DNA of 64,000 nt from Nemertoderma westbladi. Its lineage: Eukaryota; Animalia; Xenacoelomorpha. Location: the NCBI GenBank assembly GCA_032718475.1, contig JAUCBJ010000111.1, forward strand, positions 1-64,000, read 5' to 3'. The notes below the pieces were generated by a model. It ran no database searches and was not told the DNA's origin. It saw only the letters and a list, made by a program, of their open reading frames with translations. Both the position numbers and the translations under genes were made by a program. Positions 1 through 14,408 of the stretch are shown here, in pieces (within the stretch, counting starts at the first letter, position 1; every line of letters starts with the position of its first letter).

Positions 1-3000
1 TCAGTCAATATGTAAGCCAATCTCAGTCAATATGTAATCCAATCCCAGTCAATATGTAATCCAATCCCAGTCAATATGTAATCCAATCCCAGTCAATATG
101 TAATCCAATCTCAGTCAATATGTAATCCAATCCCAGTCAATATGTAATCCAATCCCAGTCAATATGTAATCCAATCCCAGTCAATATGTAATCCAATCTC
201 AGTCAATATGTAATCCAATCCCAGTCAATATGTATTCCAATCTCAATCAATATGTAATCCAATCTCAGTCAATATGTAATCCAATCCCAGTCAATATGTA
301 ATCCAATCCCAGTCAATATGTAATCCAATCCCAGTCAATATGTAATCCAATCTCAGTCAATATGTAATCCAATCCCAGTCAATATGTATTCCAATCTCAG
401 TCAATATGTAATCCAATCTCAGTCAATATGTAATCCAATCCCAGTCAATATGTAATCCAATCTCAGTCACTCAGTCAATATGTAATCCAATCTCAGTCAA
501 TATGTAAGCCAATCTCAGTCAATATGTAATCCAATCCCAGTCAATATGTATTCCAATCTCAGTCAATATGTAATCCAATCCCAGTCAATATGTAATCCAA
601 TCCCAGTCAATATGTAATCCAATCTCAGTCAATATGTAATCCAATCCCAGTCAATATGTATTCCAATCTCAATCAATATGTAATCCAATCCCAGTCAATA
701 TGTAATCCAATCCCAGTCAATATGTAATCCAATCTCAGTCAATATGTAATCCAATCTCAGTCAATATGTAATCCAATCCCAGTCAATATGTAATCCAATC
801 CCAGTCAATATGTAATCCAATCTCAGTCAATATGTAATCCAATCTCAGTCAATATGTAATCCAATCCCAGTCAATATGTATTCCAATCTCAATCAATATG
901 TAATCCAATCCCAGTCAATATGTAATCCAATCCCAGTCAATATGTAATCCAATCTCAGTCAATATGTAATCCAATCCCAGTCAATATGTAATCCAATCCC
1001 AGTCAATATGTAATCCAATCCCAGTCAATATGTAATCCAATCTCAGTCAATATGTAATCCAATCCCAGTCAATATGTATTCCAATCTCAATCAATATGTA
1101 ATCCAATCCCAGTCAATATGTAATCCAATCCCAGTCAATATGTAATCCAATCTCAGTCAATATGTAATCCAATCTCAGTCAATATGTAATCCAATCCCAG
1201 TCAATATGTAATCCAATCCCAGTCAATATGTAATCCAATCTCAGTCAATATGTAATCCAATCCCAGTCAATATGTATTCCAATCTCAGTCAATATGTAAT
1301 CCAATCCCAGTCAATATGTAATCCAATCCCAGTCAATATGTAATCCAATCTCAGTCAATATGTAATCCAATCCCAGTCAATATGTAATCCAATCTCAGTC
1401 AATATGTAATCCAATCCCAGTCAATATGTAATCCAATCCCAGTCAATATGTAATCCAATCTCAGTCAATATGTAATCCAATCTCAGTCAATATGTAATCC
1501 AATCCCAGTCAATATGTAATCCAATCTCAGTCAATATGTAATCCAATCCCAGTCAATATGTAAACCAATCCAGTCATTGTAACCAATCTCAGTCAATATG
1601 TAATCCAATCTCAGTCAATATGTAAGCCAATCTCAGTCAATATGTAATCCAATCCCAGTCAATATGTAATCCAATCTCAGTCAATATGTAATCCAATCCC
1701 AGTCAATATGTAATCCAATCCCAGTCAATATGTAATCCAATCTCAGTCAATATGTAATCCAATCCCAGTCAATATGTATTCCAATCTCAATCAATATGTA
1801 ATCCAATCTCAGTCAATATGTAATCCAATCCCAGTCAATATGTAATCCAATCCCAGTCAATATGTAATCCAATCCCAGTCAATATGTAATCCAATCTCAG
1901 TCAATATGTAATCCAATCTCAGTCAATATGTAATCCAATCTCAGTCAATATGTAATCCAATCCCAGTCAATATGTAATCCAATCTCAGTCAATATGTAAT
2001 CCAATCTCAGTCAATATGTAAACCAATCTCAGTCAATATGTAATCCAATCCCAGTCAATAAGATGTATTCCAATCTCAATCAATATGTAATCCAATCCCA
2101 GTCAATATGTAATCCAATCCCAGTCAATATGTAATCCAATCTCAGTCAATATGTAATCCAATCCCAGTCAATATGTAATCCAATCCCAGTCAATATGTAA
2201 TCCAATCCCAGTCAATATGTAATCCAATCTCAGTCAATATGTAATCCAATCTCAGTCAATATGTAATCCAATCTCAGTCAATATGTAATCCAATCTCAGT
2301 CAATATGTAATCCAATCTCAGTCAATATGTAATCCAATCTCAGTCAATGTGTAAACCAATCTCAGTCAATGTGTAAACCAATCTCAGTCAATATGTAATC
2401 CAATCCCAGTCAATATGTAATCCAATCTCAGTCAATATGTAATCCAATCTCAGTCAATATGTAATCCAATCTCAGTCAATATGTAATCCAATCTCAGTCA
2501 ATATGTAATCCAATCTCAGTCAATATGTAAACCAATCTCAGTCAATGTGTAAACCAATCCCAGTCAATGTGTAATCCAATCCCAGTCAATATGTAATCCA
2601 ATCCCAGTCAATATGTAATCCAATCCCAGTCAATATGTAATCCAATCCCAGTCAATATGTAATCCAATCCCAGTCAATGTGTAATCCAATCCCAGTCAAT
2701 ATGTAATCCAATCCCAGTCAATATGTAATCCAATCTCAGTCAATATGTAATCCAATCCCAGTCAATATGTAATCCAATCCCAGTCAATGTGTAATCCAAT
2801 CCCAGTCAATATGTAATCCAATCCCAGTCAATATGTAATCCAATCCCAGTCAATATGTAATCCAATCCCAGTCAATATGTAATCCAATCCCAGTCAATAT
2901 GTAATCCAATCCCAGTCAATATGTAATCCAATCCCAGTCAATATGTAATCCAATCCCAGTCAATGATGTAATCCAATCTCAGTCAATATGTAATCCAATC

Positions 3001-4416
3001 TCAGTCAATATGTAATCCAATCCCAGTCAATATGTAATCCAATCCCAGTCAATATGTAATCCAATCTCAGTCAATATGTAATCCAATCCCAGTCAATATG
3101 TAATCCAATCCCAGTCAATATGTAATCCAATCTCAGTCAATATGTAATCCAATCCCAGTCAATATGTAATCCAATCCCAGTCAATATGTAATCCAATCCC
3201 AGTCAATATGTAATCCAATCTCAGTCAATATGTAATCCAATCCCAGTCAATATGTATTCCAATCCCAGTCAATATGTAATCCAATCTCAGTCAATATGTA
3301 ATCCAATCCCAGTCAATATGTAATCCAATCTCAGTCAATATGTATCCAATCTTAGTCAATATGTAATCCAATCCCAGTCAATATGTAATCCAATCTCAGT
3401 CAATATGTAAACCAATCTCAGTCAATATGTAATCCAATCCCAGTCAATATGTAATCCAATCTCAGTCAATATGTAATCCAATCCCAGTCAATATGTAATC
3501 CAATCCCAGTCAATATGTAATCCAATCTCAGTCAATTTGTAATCCAATCTCAGTCAATATGTAATCCAATCTCAGTCAATATGTAATCCAATCTCAGTCA
3601 ATATGTAATCCAATCCCAGTCAATATGTAATCCAATCCCAGTCAATATGTAAACCAATCTCAGTCAATATGTAATCCAATCCCAGTCAATAAGATGTATT
3701 CCAATCTCAATCAATATGTAATCCAATCCCAGTCAATATGTAACCCAATCCCAGTCAATATGTAATCCAATCTCAGTCAATATGTAATCCAATCCCAGTC
3801 AATATGTAATCCAATCCCAGTCAATATGTAATCCAATCCCAGTCAATATGTAAACCAATCTCAGTCAATATGTAATCCAATCCCAGTCAATAAGATGTAT
3901 TCCAATCTCAATCAATATGTAATCCAATCCCAGTCAATATGTAACCCAATCTCAGTCAATATGTAATCCAATCCCAGTCAATATGTAATCCAATCCCAGT
4001 CAATATGTGATCCAATCCCAGTCAATATGTAATCCAATCTCAGTCAATATGTAATCAAATCCCAGTTAATCTCAGTCAATATGTAATCCAATCCCAGTCA
4101 ATATGTAATCCAATCCCAGTCAATATGTAAACCAATCTCAGTCAATATGTAATCCAATCCCAGTCAATAAGATGTATTCCAATCTCAATCAATATGTAAT
4201 CCAATCCCAGTCAATATGTAATCCAATCTCAGTCAATATGTAATCCAATCCCAGTCAATATGTAATCCAATCTCAATCAATATGTAATCCAATCCCAGTC
4301 AATATGTGATCCAATCCCAGTCAATATGTAATCCAATCTCAGTCAATATGTAATCAAATCCCAGTTAATCTCAGTCAATATGTAATCCAATCCCAGTCAT
4401 TCTCAGTCAATATGTA
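1..4416 (+). repeat. 22-bp tandem satellite (CAGTCAATATGTAATCCAATC[C/T]), left arm of the palindrome
   Basis: CAG recurs at 68 and 90, giving a 22-bp period; about 200 units with a C/T variant and occasional indels. Confidence 0.97.
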
Positions 4417-4443
4417 AATTATTTATCATATTATTATTTATAG

Positions 4444-5125
4444 ACGAAGGAAAGAACTCGCCACGATGTAATGCTACAATCAGTCGGTGATATTGTTGGG
4501 TTCCGCGGCCGAGGCGGTAAACAGAGGTCGGAGTTAACGCTAGAAGGTCCATCTGAGTTTCATCGACAAGGAAAGGGTCAGTTAAACTGGGATCGATTTT
4601 AAGTGAATGGCCGGGCCGGGAGTCTTATTAAGTTTAATTTTTAAATCTCAACCATCATTTGCCGACCTACCCTACGACGACACATTTATAAAACCATCAA
4701 GTTAAATTTTGGTTCAATTTAAGTAATATATACAATAATAAATATTCGAATTATCAGTTTCTAGTGATGATCATTTTTGTGGATTAAAAAAGATGAACTT
4801 CAAGCTGTAAATGTGGTTGAAATTTAATTTATTTTAAATTAGGGAACAGTTCGCTATGTATATTATAGATTTCTAATACATACACACAGTTTAACTCAGC
4901 CAGGTTAAGAAATGTTTCGAATAATAACTTCCTTCCATCTCTACAGGTCATCTTAAGATCCACCAACTACTTCACCCACTAAAACGCGATTCTCAGGATG
5001 TAACAGAATTGAAAAAGAAGTTGCAGACTGTTGCTAAGCAACAGAGAGTTGTTGAGGTCCCGCTGGAAAAATCCTCGCAAGATCTAATAGAAAGGACAGC
5101 CGCTTACGACAAAGCCGGTAGAGAG
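4444..5125 (+). CDS. UTP14: Mirror copy of two UTP14 exons (4444-4576, 4947-5125)
   Basis: AG/GT-bounded exons with compatible phase give TKERTRHDVMLQSVGDIVGFRGRGGKQRSELTLEGPSEFHRQGK/GHLKIHQLLHPLKRDSQDVTELKKKLQTVAKQQRVVEVPLEKSSQDLIERTAAYDKAGRE. Exact inverted duplicate of 5531-6212. Confidence 0.7.
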
Positions 5126-5530
5126 GTCAGTAAATGTCACAATTTAATTAATAATAATAATGCAAATATTTCTAAAGCGCCTTGCCTAATAATAATAAAT
5201 TATTAATAAAGTTCAAACAATCAAAGGCGCGTGGTTGGAATTGAGTTACGGTGGAACGGCTGGAGAAGTGTGGTGGTGTTTAGCGAGGGTTATAGCGGAG
5301 TACCTAGCGAACACCCAATCATCACTAGGTGGTGGTTTTTGTTTGTTAGATGGGGTTGCTTAGCATGTAGTACGTTACGATTTACCACACCTCACGCCGT
5401 TCCACCGTAACTCAATTCCAACCACGCGCCTTTGATTGTTTGAACTTTATTAATAATTTATTATTATTAGGCAAGGCGCTTTAGAAATATTTGCATTATT
5501 ATTATTAATTAAATTGTGACATTTACTGAC

Positions 5531-8500
5531 CTCTCTACCGGCTTTGTCGTAAGCGGCTGTCCTTTCTATTAGATCTTGCGAGGATTTTTCCAGCGGGACC
5601 TCAACAACTCTCTGTTGCTTAGCAACAGTCTGCAACTTCTTTTTCAATTCTGTTACATCCTGAGAATCGCGTTTTAGTGGGTGAAGTAGTTGGTGGATCT
5701 TAAGATGACCTGTAGAGATGGAAGGAAGTTATTATTCGAAACATTTCTTAACCTGGCTGAGTTAAACTGTGTGTATGTATTAGAAATCTATAATATACAT
5801 AGCGAACTGTTCCCTAATTTAAAATAAATTAAATTTCAACCACATTTACAGCTTGAAGTTCATCTTTTTTAATCCACAAAAATGATCATCACTAGAAACT
5901 GATAATTCGAATATTTATTATTGTATATATTACTTAAATTGAACCAAAATTTAACTTGATGGTTTTATAAATGTGTCGTCGTAGGGTAGGTCGGCAAATG
6001 ATGGTTGAGATTTAAAAATTAAACTTAATAAGACTCCCGGCCCGGCCATTCACTTAAAATCGATCCCAGTTTAACTGACCCTTTCCTTGTCGATGAAACT
6101 CAGATGGACCTTCTAGCGTTAACTCCGACCTCTGTTTACCGCCTCGGCCGCGGAACCCAACAATATCACCGACTGATTGTAGCATTACATCGTGGCGAGT
6201 TCTTTCCTTCGTCTATAAATAATAATATGATAAATAATTTACATATTGACTGAGAATGACTGGGATTGGATTACATATTGACTGAGATTAACTGGGATTT
6301 GATTACATATTGACTGAGATTGGATTACATATTGACTGGGATTGGATCACATATTGACTGGGATTGGATTACATATTGATTGAGATTGGATTACATATTG
6401 ACTGGGATTGGATTACATATTGACTGAGATTGGATTACATATTGACTGGGATTGGATTACATATTGATTGAGATTGGAATACATCTTATTGACTGGGATT
6501 GGATTACATATTGACTGAGATTGGTTTACATATTGACTGGGATTGGATTACATATTGACTGGGATTGGATTACATATTGACTGAGATTAACTGGGATTTG
6601 ATTACATATTGACTGAGATTGGATTACATATTGACTGGGATTGGATCACATATTGACTGGGATTGGATTACATATTGACTGGGATTGGATTACATATTGA
6701 CTGAGATTGGGTTACATATTGACTGGGATTGGATTACATATTGATTGAGATTGGAATACATCTTATTGACTGGGATTGGATTACATATTGACTGAGATTG
6801 GTTTACATATTGACTGGGATTGGATTACATATTGACTGGGATTGGATTACATATTGACTGGGATTGGATTACATATTGACTGAGATTGGATTACATATTG
6901 ACTGGGATTGGGTTACATATTGACTGGGATTGGATTACATATTGATTGAGATTGGAATACATCTTATTGACTGGGATTGGATTACATATTGACTGAGATT
7001 GGTTTACATATTGACTGGGATTGGATTACATATTGACTGGGATTGGATTACATATTGACTGAGATTGGATTACATATTGACTGAGATTGGATTACATATT
7101 GACTGAGATTGGATTACAAATTGACTGAGATTGGATTACATATTGACTGGGATTGGATTACATATTGACTGGGATTGGATTACATATTGACTGAGATTGG
7201 ATTACATATTGACTGGGATTGGATTACATATTGACTGAGATTGGTTTACATATTGACTGAGATTGGATTACATATTGACTGGGATTGGATTACATATTGA
7301 CTAAGATTGGATACATATTGACTGAGATTGGATTACATATTGACTGGGATTGGATTACATATTGACTGAGATTGGATTACATATTGACTGGGATTGGAAT
7401 ACATATTGACTGGGATTGGATTACATATTGACTGAGATTGGATTACATATTGACTGGGATTGGATTACATATTGACTGGGATTGGATTACATATTGACTG
7501 GGATTGGATTACATATTGACTGAGATTGGATTACATATTGACTGGGATTGGATTACATATTGACTGGGATTGGATTACATATTGACTGAGATTGGATTAC
7601 ATATTGACTGGGATTGGATTACATATTGACTGGGATTGGATTACATATTGACTGAGATTGGATTACATAATGACTGAGATTGGATTACATCTTATTGACT
7701 GGGATTGGATTACATATTGACTGGGATTGGATTACATATTGACTGGGATTGGATTACATATTGACTGGGATTGGATTACATATTGACTGGGATTGGATTA
7801 CATATTGACTGGGATTGGATTACATATTGACTGGGATTGGATTACATATTGACTGGGATTGGATTACACATTGACTGGGATTGGATTACATATTGACTGG
7901 GATTGGATTACATATTGACTGGGATTGGATTACATATTGACTGGGATTGGATTACACATTGACTGGGATTGGTTTACACATTGACTGGGATTGGATTACA
8001 TATTGACTGGGATTGGATTACATATTGACTGGGATTGGATTACATATTGACTGGGATTGGATTACATATTGACTGGGATTGGATTACACATTGACTGGGA
8101 TTGGTTTACACATTGACTGAGATTGGTTTACATATTGACTGATATTGGATTACATATTGACTGAGATTGGATTACATATTGACTGAGATTGGATTACATA
8201 TTGACTGAGATTGGATTACATATTGACTGAGATTGGATTACATATTGACTGGGATTGGTTTACATATTGACTGAGATTGGTTTACACATTGACTGAGATT
8301 GGTTTACACATTGACTGAGATTGGTTTACATATTGACTGAGATTGGATTACATATTGACTGAGATTGGATTACATATTGACTGAGATTGGATTACATATT
8401 GACTGAGATTGGATTACATATTGACTGAGATTGGATTACATATTGACTGGGATTGGATTACATATTGACTGGGATTGGATTACATATTGACTGGGATTGG

Positions 8501-11178
8501 ATTACATATTGACTGAGATTGGATTACATATTGACTGGGATTGGATTACATATTGACTGGGATTGGATTACATATTGATTGAGATTGGAATACATCTTAT
8601 TGACTGGGATTGGATTACATATTGACTGAGATTGGTTTACATATTGACTGAGATTGGATTACATATTGACTAAGATTGGATTACATATTGACTGGGATTG
8701 GATTACATATTGACTGAGATTGGTTTACATATTGACTGAGATTGGATTACATATTGACTGAGATTGGATTACATATTGACTGGGATTGGATTACATATTG
8801 ACTGGGATTGGATTACATATTGACTGGGATTGGATTACATATTGACTGAGATTGGATTACATATTGATTGAGATTGGAATACATATTGACTGGGATTGGA
8901 TTACATATTGACTGAGATTGGATTACATATTGACTGGGATTGGATTACATATTGACTGGGATTGGATTACATATTGATTGAGATTGGAATACATATTGAC
9001 TGGGATTGGATTACATATTGACTGAGATTGGCTTACATATTGACTGAGATTGGATTACATATTGACTGAGTGACTGAGATTGGTTTACATATTGACTGGG
9101 ATTGGATTACATATTGACTGAGATTGGATTACATATTGACTGGGATTGGATTACATATTGACTGAGATTGGATTACATATTGACTGAGATTGGATTACAT
9201 ATTGACTGGGATTGGATTACATATTGACTGGGATTGGATTACATATTGATTGAGATTGGAATACATATTGACTGGGATTGGATTACATATTGACTGAGAT
9301 TGGATTACATATTGACTGGGATTGGATTACATATTGACTGGGATTGGATTACATATTGATTGAGATTGGAATACATATTGACTGGGATTGGATTACATAT
9401 TGACTGAGATTGGATTACATATTGACTGGGATTGGATTACATATTGACTGGGATTGGATTACATATTGATTGAGATTGGATTACATATTGACTGAGATTG
9501 GATTACATATTGACTGGGATTGGATTACATATTGACTGGGATTGGATTACATATTGATTGAGATTGGAATACATATTGACTGGGATTGGATTACATATTG
9601 ACTGAGATTGGATTACATATTGACTGGGATTGGATTACATATTGACTGGGATTGGATTACATATTGACTGGGATTGGATTACATATTGACTGAGATTGGA
9701 TTACATATTGACTGGGATTGGATTACATATTGACTGGGATTGGATTACATATTGATTGAGATTGGAATACATATTGACTGGGATTGGATTACATATTGAC
9801 TGAGATTGGATTACATATTGACTGAGATTGGATTACATATTGACTGGGATTGGATTACATATTGACTGGGATTGGATTACATATTGACTGAGATTGGATT
9901 ACATATTGACTGAGATTGGATTACATATTGACTGGGATTGGATTACATATTGACTGGGATTGGATTACATATTGATTGAGATTGGAATACATATTGACTG
10001 GGATTGGATTACATATTGACTGAGATTGGATTACATATTGACTGGGATTGGATTACATATTGACTGGGATTGGATTACATATTGATTGAGATTGGAATAC
10101 ATATTGACTGGGATTGGATTACATATTGACTGAGATTGGCTTACATATTGACTGAGATTGGATTACATATTGACTGAGTGACTGAGATTGGATTACATAT
10201 TGACTGGGATTGGATTACATATTGACTGAGATTGGATTACATATTGATTGAGATTGGAATACATATTGACTGGGATTGGATTACATATTGACTGAGATTG
10301 GATTACATATTGACTGGGATTGGATTACATATTGACTGGGATTGGATTACATATTGACTGGGATTGGATTACATATTGACTGAGATTGGATTACATATTG
10401 ATTGAGATTGGAATACATATTGACTGGGATTGGATTACATATTGACTGAGATTGGATTACATATTGACTGGGATTGGATTACATATTGACTGGGATTGGA
10501 ATACATATTGACTGGGATTGGATTACATATTGACTGAGATTGGATTACATATTGACTGGGATTGGATTACATATTGACTGGGATTGGATTACATATTGAC
10601 TGGGATTGGATTACATATTGACTGAGATTGGCTTACATATTGACTGAGATTGGATTACATATTGACTGAGTGACTGAGATTGGTTTACATATTGACTGGG
10701 ATTGGATTACATATTGACTGAGATTGGATTACATATTGACTGAGATTGGTTTACATATTGACTGGGATTGGATTACATATTGACTGGGATTGGATTACAT
10801 ATTGACTGAGATTGGATTACATATTGACTGAGATTGGATTACATATTGACTGAGATTGGATTACATAACAGTTTAAGCTATTGGTAGGGCTTGGGCCTAG
10901 CAAACTAAACCAAAATCATAGCCAGAGGCTGAATGTTACCCCTGGCAGACCATAATTAGACTCCTTAACAAAGTTGCTAGACAATCCATCTGTAGACGGT
11001 CTAGTCCGCGCATCACGGGAATAGATGGAGACGATAATGACAGATTTATACACTTACAGAAGTGTCATTATTTTCTGGAGACGCCAGGCCCTCGGCGTTT
11101 GCGCTGTCGGAATCGCTGTCGTTATTGGACTCATTATCACCTTCAATGGTGTCGTCAATCTCACCGGAAGCCAATAAG
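5531..11178 (-). CDS. UTP14: UTP14 (U3 snoRNA-associated protein 14), 5' part: exons ~11178-11058, 6212-6080, 5709-5531; the rest is absent
   Basis: An acidic N-terminal exon (EIDDTIEGDNESNNDSDSD...NNDTS|gtaagt, phase 0) joins in phase to exons matching the UTP14 N-terminus as I recall it (human ERSEASLKVSEF...LLEPVK...VKKQL...TVELPL...IHREVAFNK...SKW). The start codon or first exon is uncertain (an in-frame ATG lies at 11261). Confidence 0.78.
6240..10866 (-). repeat. 22-bp tandem satellite filling a UTP14 intron
   Basis: Reverse complement of the 1-4416 array (ACATATTGACTG[G/A]GATTGGATT), lying between UTP14 exon ends 6212 and 11058. Confidence 0.97.
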
Positions 11179-11509
11179 CTACAACGAAAATGGAATTCAT
11201 AAGTAGACTTACAATAACGGAACGGTAGCGGAACGGAATCTAATTGAGATAGCCAAGCCATGACAATCACAGAATTTAGGAAATCAAATTAAAATTTATA
11301 AATTAAACAATACCGGTATTAATCAAGGACTTCTATGTTCTAGAATATTATAGTATTTATTCGTAAATTAAAAATAATAATGAATAAATAAATACTATAT
11401 TCTAGAAGTCCTTGTATGAATTAATTAATCGGTTTAGTCATTAGTATGGGCTTTTAGGAAAGTAATAAATAAAGAAATATGGGAGAAATCGACGCAATTA
11501 AAATCGGCA

Positions 11510-14122
11510 AATAATAACGGGTCGCTGATTACTCCCAACAATAATAACGGGTCGCTGATTACTCCCAACAATAATAACGGGTCGCTGATTACTCCCAACA
11601 ATAATAACGGGTCGCTGATTACTCCCAACAATAATAACGGGTCACTGATTACTCCCAACAATAATAACGGGTCGCTGATTACTCCCAACAATAATAACGG
11701 GTCGCTGATTACTCCCAACAATAATAACGGGTCGCTGATTACCCCCAACAATAATAACGGGTCGCTGATTACTCCCAACAATAATAACGGGTCGCTGATT
11801 ACTCCCAACAATAATAACGGGTCGTTGATTACTCCCAACAATAATAACGGGTCGCTGATTACTCCCAACAATAATAACGGGTCGCTGATTACTCCCAACA
11901 ATAATAACGGGTCGCTGATTACTCCCAACAATAATAACGGGTCGTTGATTACTCCCAACAATAATAACGGGTCGCTGATTACTCCCAACAATAATAACGG
12001 GTCGCTGATTACTCCCAACAATAATAACGGGTCGCTGATTACTCCCAACAATAATAACGGGTCTCTGATTACTCCCAACAATAACAACGGGTCGCTGATT
12101 ACTCCCAACAATAATAACGGGTCGCTGATTACTCCCAACAATAATAACGGGTCGCTGATTACTCCCAACAATAATAACGGGTCGATGATTACTCCCAACA
12201 ATAATAACGGGTCGCTGATTACTCCCAACAACAATAACGGGTCGCTGATTACTCCCAACAATAATAACGGGTCGCTGATTACTCCCAACAATAATAACGG
12301 GTCGCTGATTACTCCCAACAATAATAACGGGTCGCTGATTACTCCCAACAATAATAACGGGTCGCTGATTACTCCCAACAATAATAACGGGTCGCTGATT
12401 ACTCCCAACAATAATAACGGGTCGCTGATTACTCCCAACAATAATAACGGGTCGCTGATTACTCCCAACAATAATAACGGGTCTCTGATTACTCCCAACA
12501 ATAATAACGGGTCGCTGATTACTCCCAACAATAATAACGGGTCGCTGATTACTCCCAACAATAATAACGGGTCGCTGATTACTCCCAACAATAATAACGG
12601 GTCGCTGATTACTCCCAACAATAATAACGGGTCGCTGATTACTCCCAACAATAATAACGGGTCGCTGATTACTCCCAACAATAATAACGGGTCGCTGATT
12701 ACTCCCAACAATAATAACGGGTCGCTGATTACTCCCAACAATAATAACGGGTCGCTGATTACTCCCAACAATAATAACGGGTCGCTGATTACTCCCAACA
12801 ATAATAACGGGTCGCTGATTACTCCCAACAATAATAACGGGTCGCTGATTACTCCCAACAATAATAACGGGTCGCTGATTACTCCCAACAATAATAACGG
12901 GTCGCTGATTACTCCCAACAATAATAACGGGTCGCTGATTACTCCCAACAATAATAACGGGTCGCTGATTACTCCCAACAATAATAACGGGTCGCTGATT
13001 ACTCCCAACAATAATAACGGGTCGCTGATTACTCCCAACAATAATAACGGGTCGCTGATTACTCCCAACAATAATAACGGGTCGCTGATTACTCCCAACA
13101 ATAATAACGGGTCGCTGATTACTCCCAACAATAATAACGGGTCGCTGATTACTCCCAACAATAATAACGGGTCGCTGATTACTCCCAACAATAATAACGG
13201 GTCGCTGATTACTCCCAACAATAATAACGGGTCGCTGATTACTCCCAACAATAATAACGGGTCGCTGATTACTCCCAACAATAATAACGGGTCGCTGATT
13301 ACTCCCAACAATAATAACGGGTCGCTGATTACTCCCAACAATAATAACGGGTCGCTGATTACTCCCAACAATAATAACGGGTCGCTGATTACTCCCAACA
13401 ATAATAACGGGTCGCTGATTACTCCCAACAATAATAACGGGTCGCTGATTACTCCCAACAATAATAACGGGTCTCTGATTACTCCCAACAATAATAACGG
13501 GTCGCTGATTACTCCCAACAATAATAACGGGTCGCTGATTACTCCCAACAATAATAACGGGTCGCTGATTACTCCCAACAATAATAACGGGTCGCTGATT
13601 ACTCCCAACAATAATAACGGGTCGCTGATTACTCCCAACAATAATAACGGGTCGCTGATTACTCCCAACAATAATAACGGGTCGCTGATTACTCCCAACA
13701 ATAATAACGGGTCGCTGATTACTCCCAACAATAATAACGGGTCGCTGATTACTCCCAACAATAATAACGGGTCGCTGATTACTCCCAACAATAATAACGG
13801 GTCGCTGATTACTCCCAACAATAATAACGGGTCGCTGATTACTCCCAACAATAATAACGGGTCGCTGATTACTCCCAACAATAATAACGGGTCGCTGATT
13901 ACTCCCAACAATAATAACGGGTCGCTGATTACTCCCAACAATAATAACGGGTCGCTGATTACTCCCAACAATAATAACGGGTCGCTGATTACTCCCAACA
14001 ATAATAACGGGTCGCTGATTACTCCCAACAATAATAACGGGTCGCTGATTACTCCCAACAATAATAACGGGTCGCTGATTACTCCCAACAATAATAACGG
14101 GTCGCTGATTACTCCCAACAAT
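11510..14122. repeat. Highly homogeneous 30-bp tandem array (AATAATAACGGGTCGCTGATTACTCCCAAC), about 87 copies
   Basis: Exactly two units per 60-nt line with only isolated substitutions and no indels; it generates the three long repetitive ORFs. Confidence 0.97.
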
Positions 14123-14408
14123 GGCACTATAACCTGTTCTGAGTTTCGTTTGATGTTTTGATTTGAATAACGTGCCACTGTAACCTGCGTCAAGCCCCCC
14201 CCCCCCCCCCCCCTCCTCTGGTCTTGAAATTTTATTGCCTGGACAGGACATATTTGAAAAGACAAGCTTGTTTTAGTTTTCACAAATATTATTTTTGAAA
14301 CACATGACTAAGACCTATTCCCTTTCATCGTACCAATAATACCGATAAGGGAACAGGTACATAAATTTATCAATAAAATATAGCCTACCTGCGAGGCTGC
14401 TACAGTTA

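Larger units (their letters stand above)
1..10655. repeat. Giant inverted repeat: arms 1-5260 and 5396-~10655, 135-bp spacer
   Basis: In the unique part, position x mirrors 10656-x: identical ORFs at 5009-5206(+) and 5450-5647(-), and GGAACGGC ending at 5260 matches GCCGTTCC starting at 5396. The satellite is reverse-complemented on the right arm. Confidence 0.95.

Noticed and set aside
11434-14283. Three ORFs of 778-949 aa as real proteins
   Set aside because: They are translations of a 30-bp satellite, open in several frames on both strands, with no codon-position pattern in the variants.
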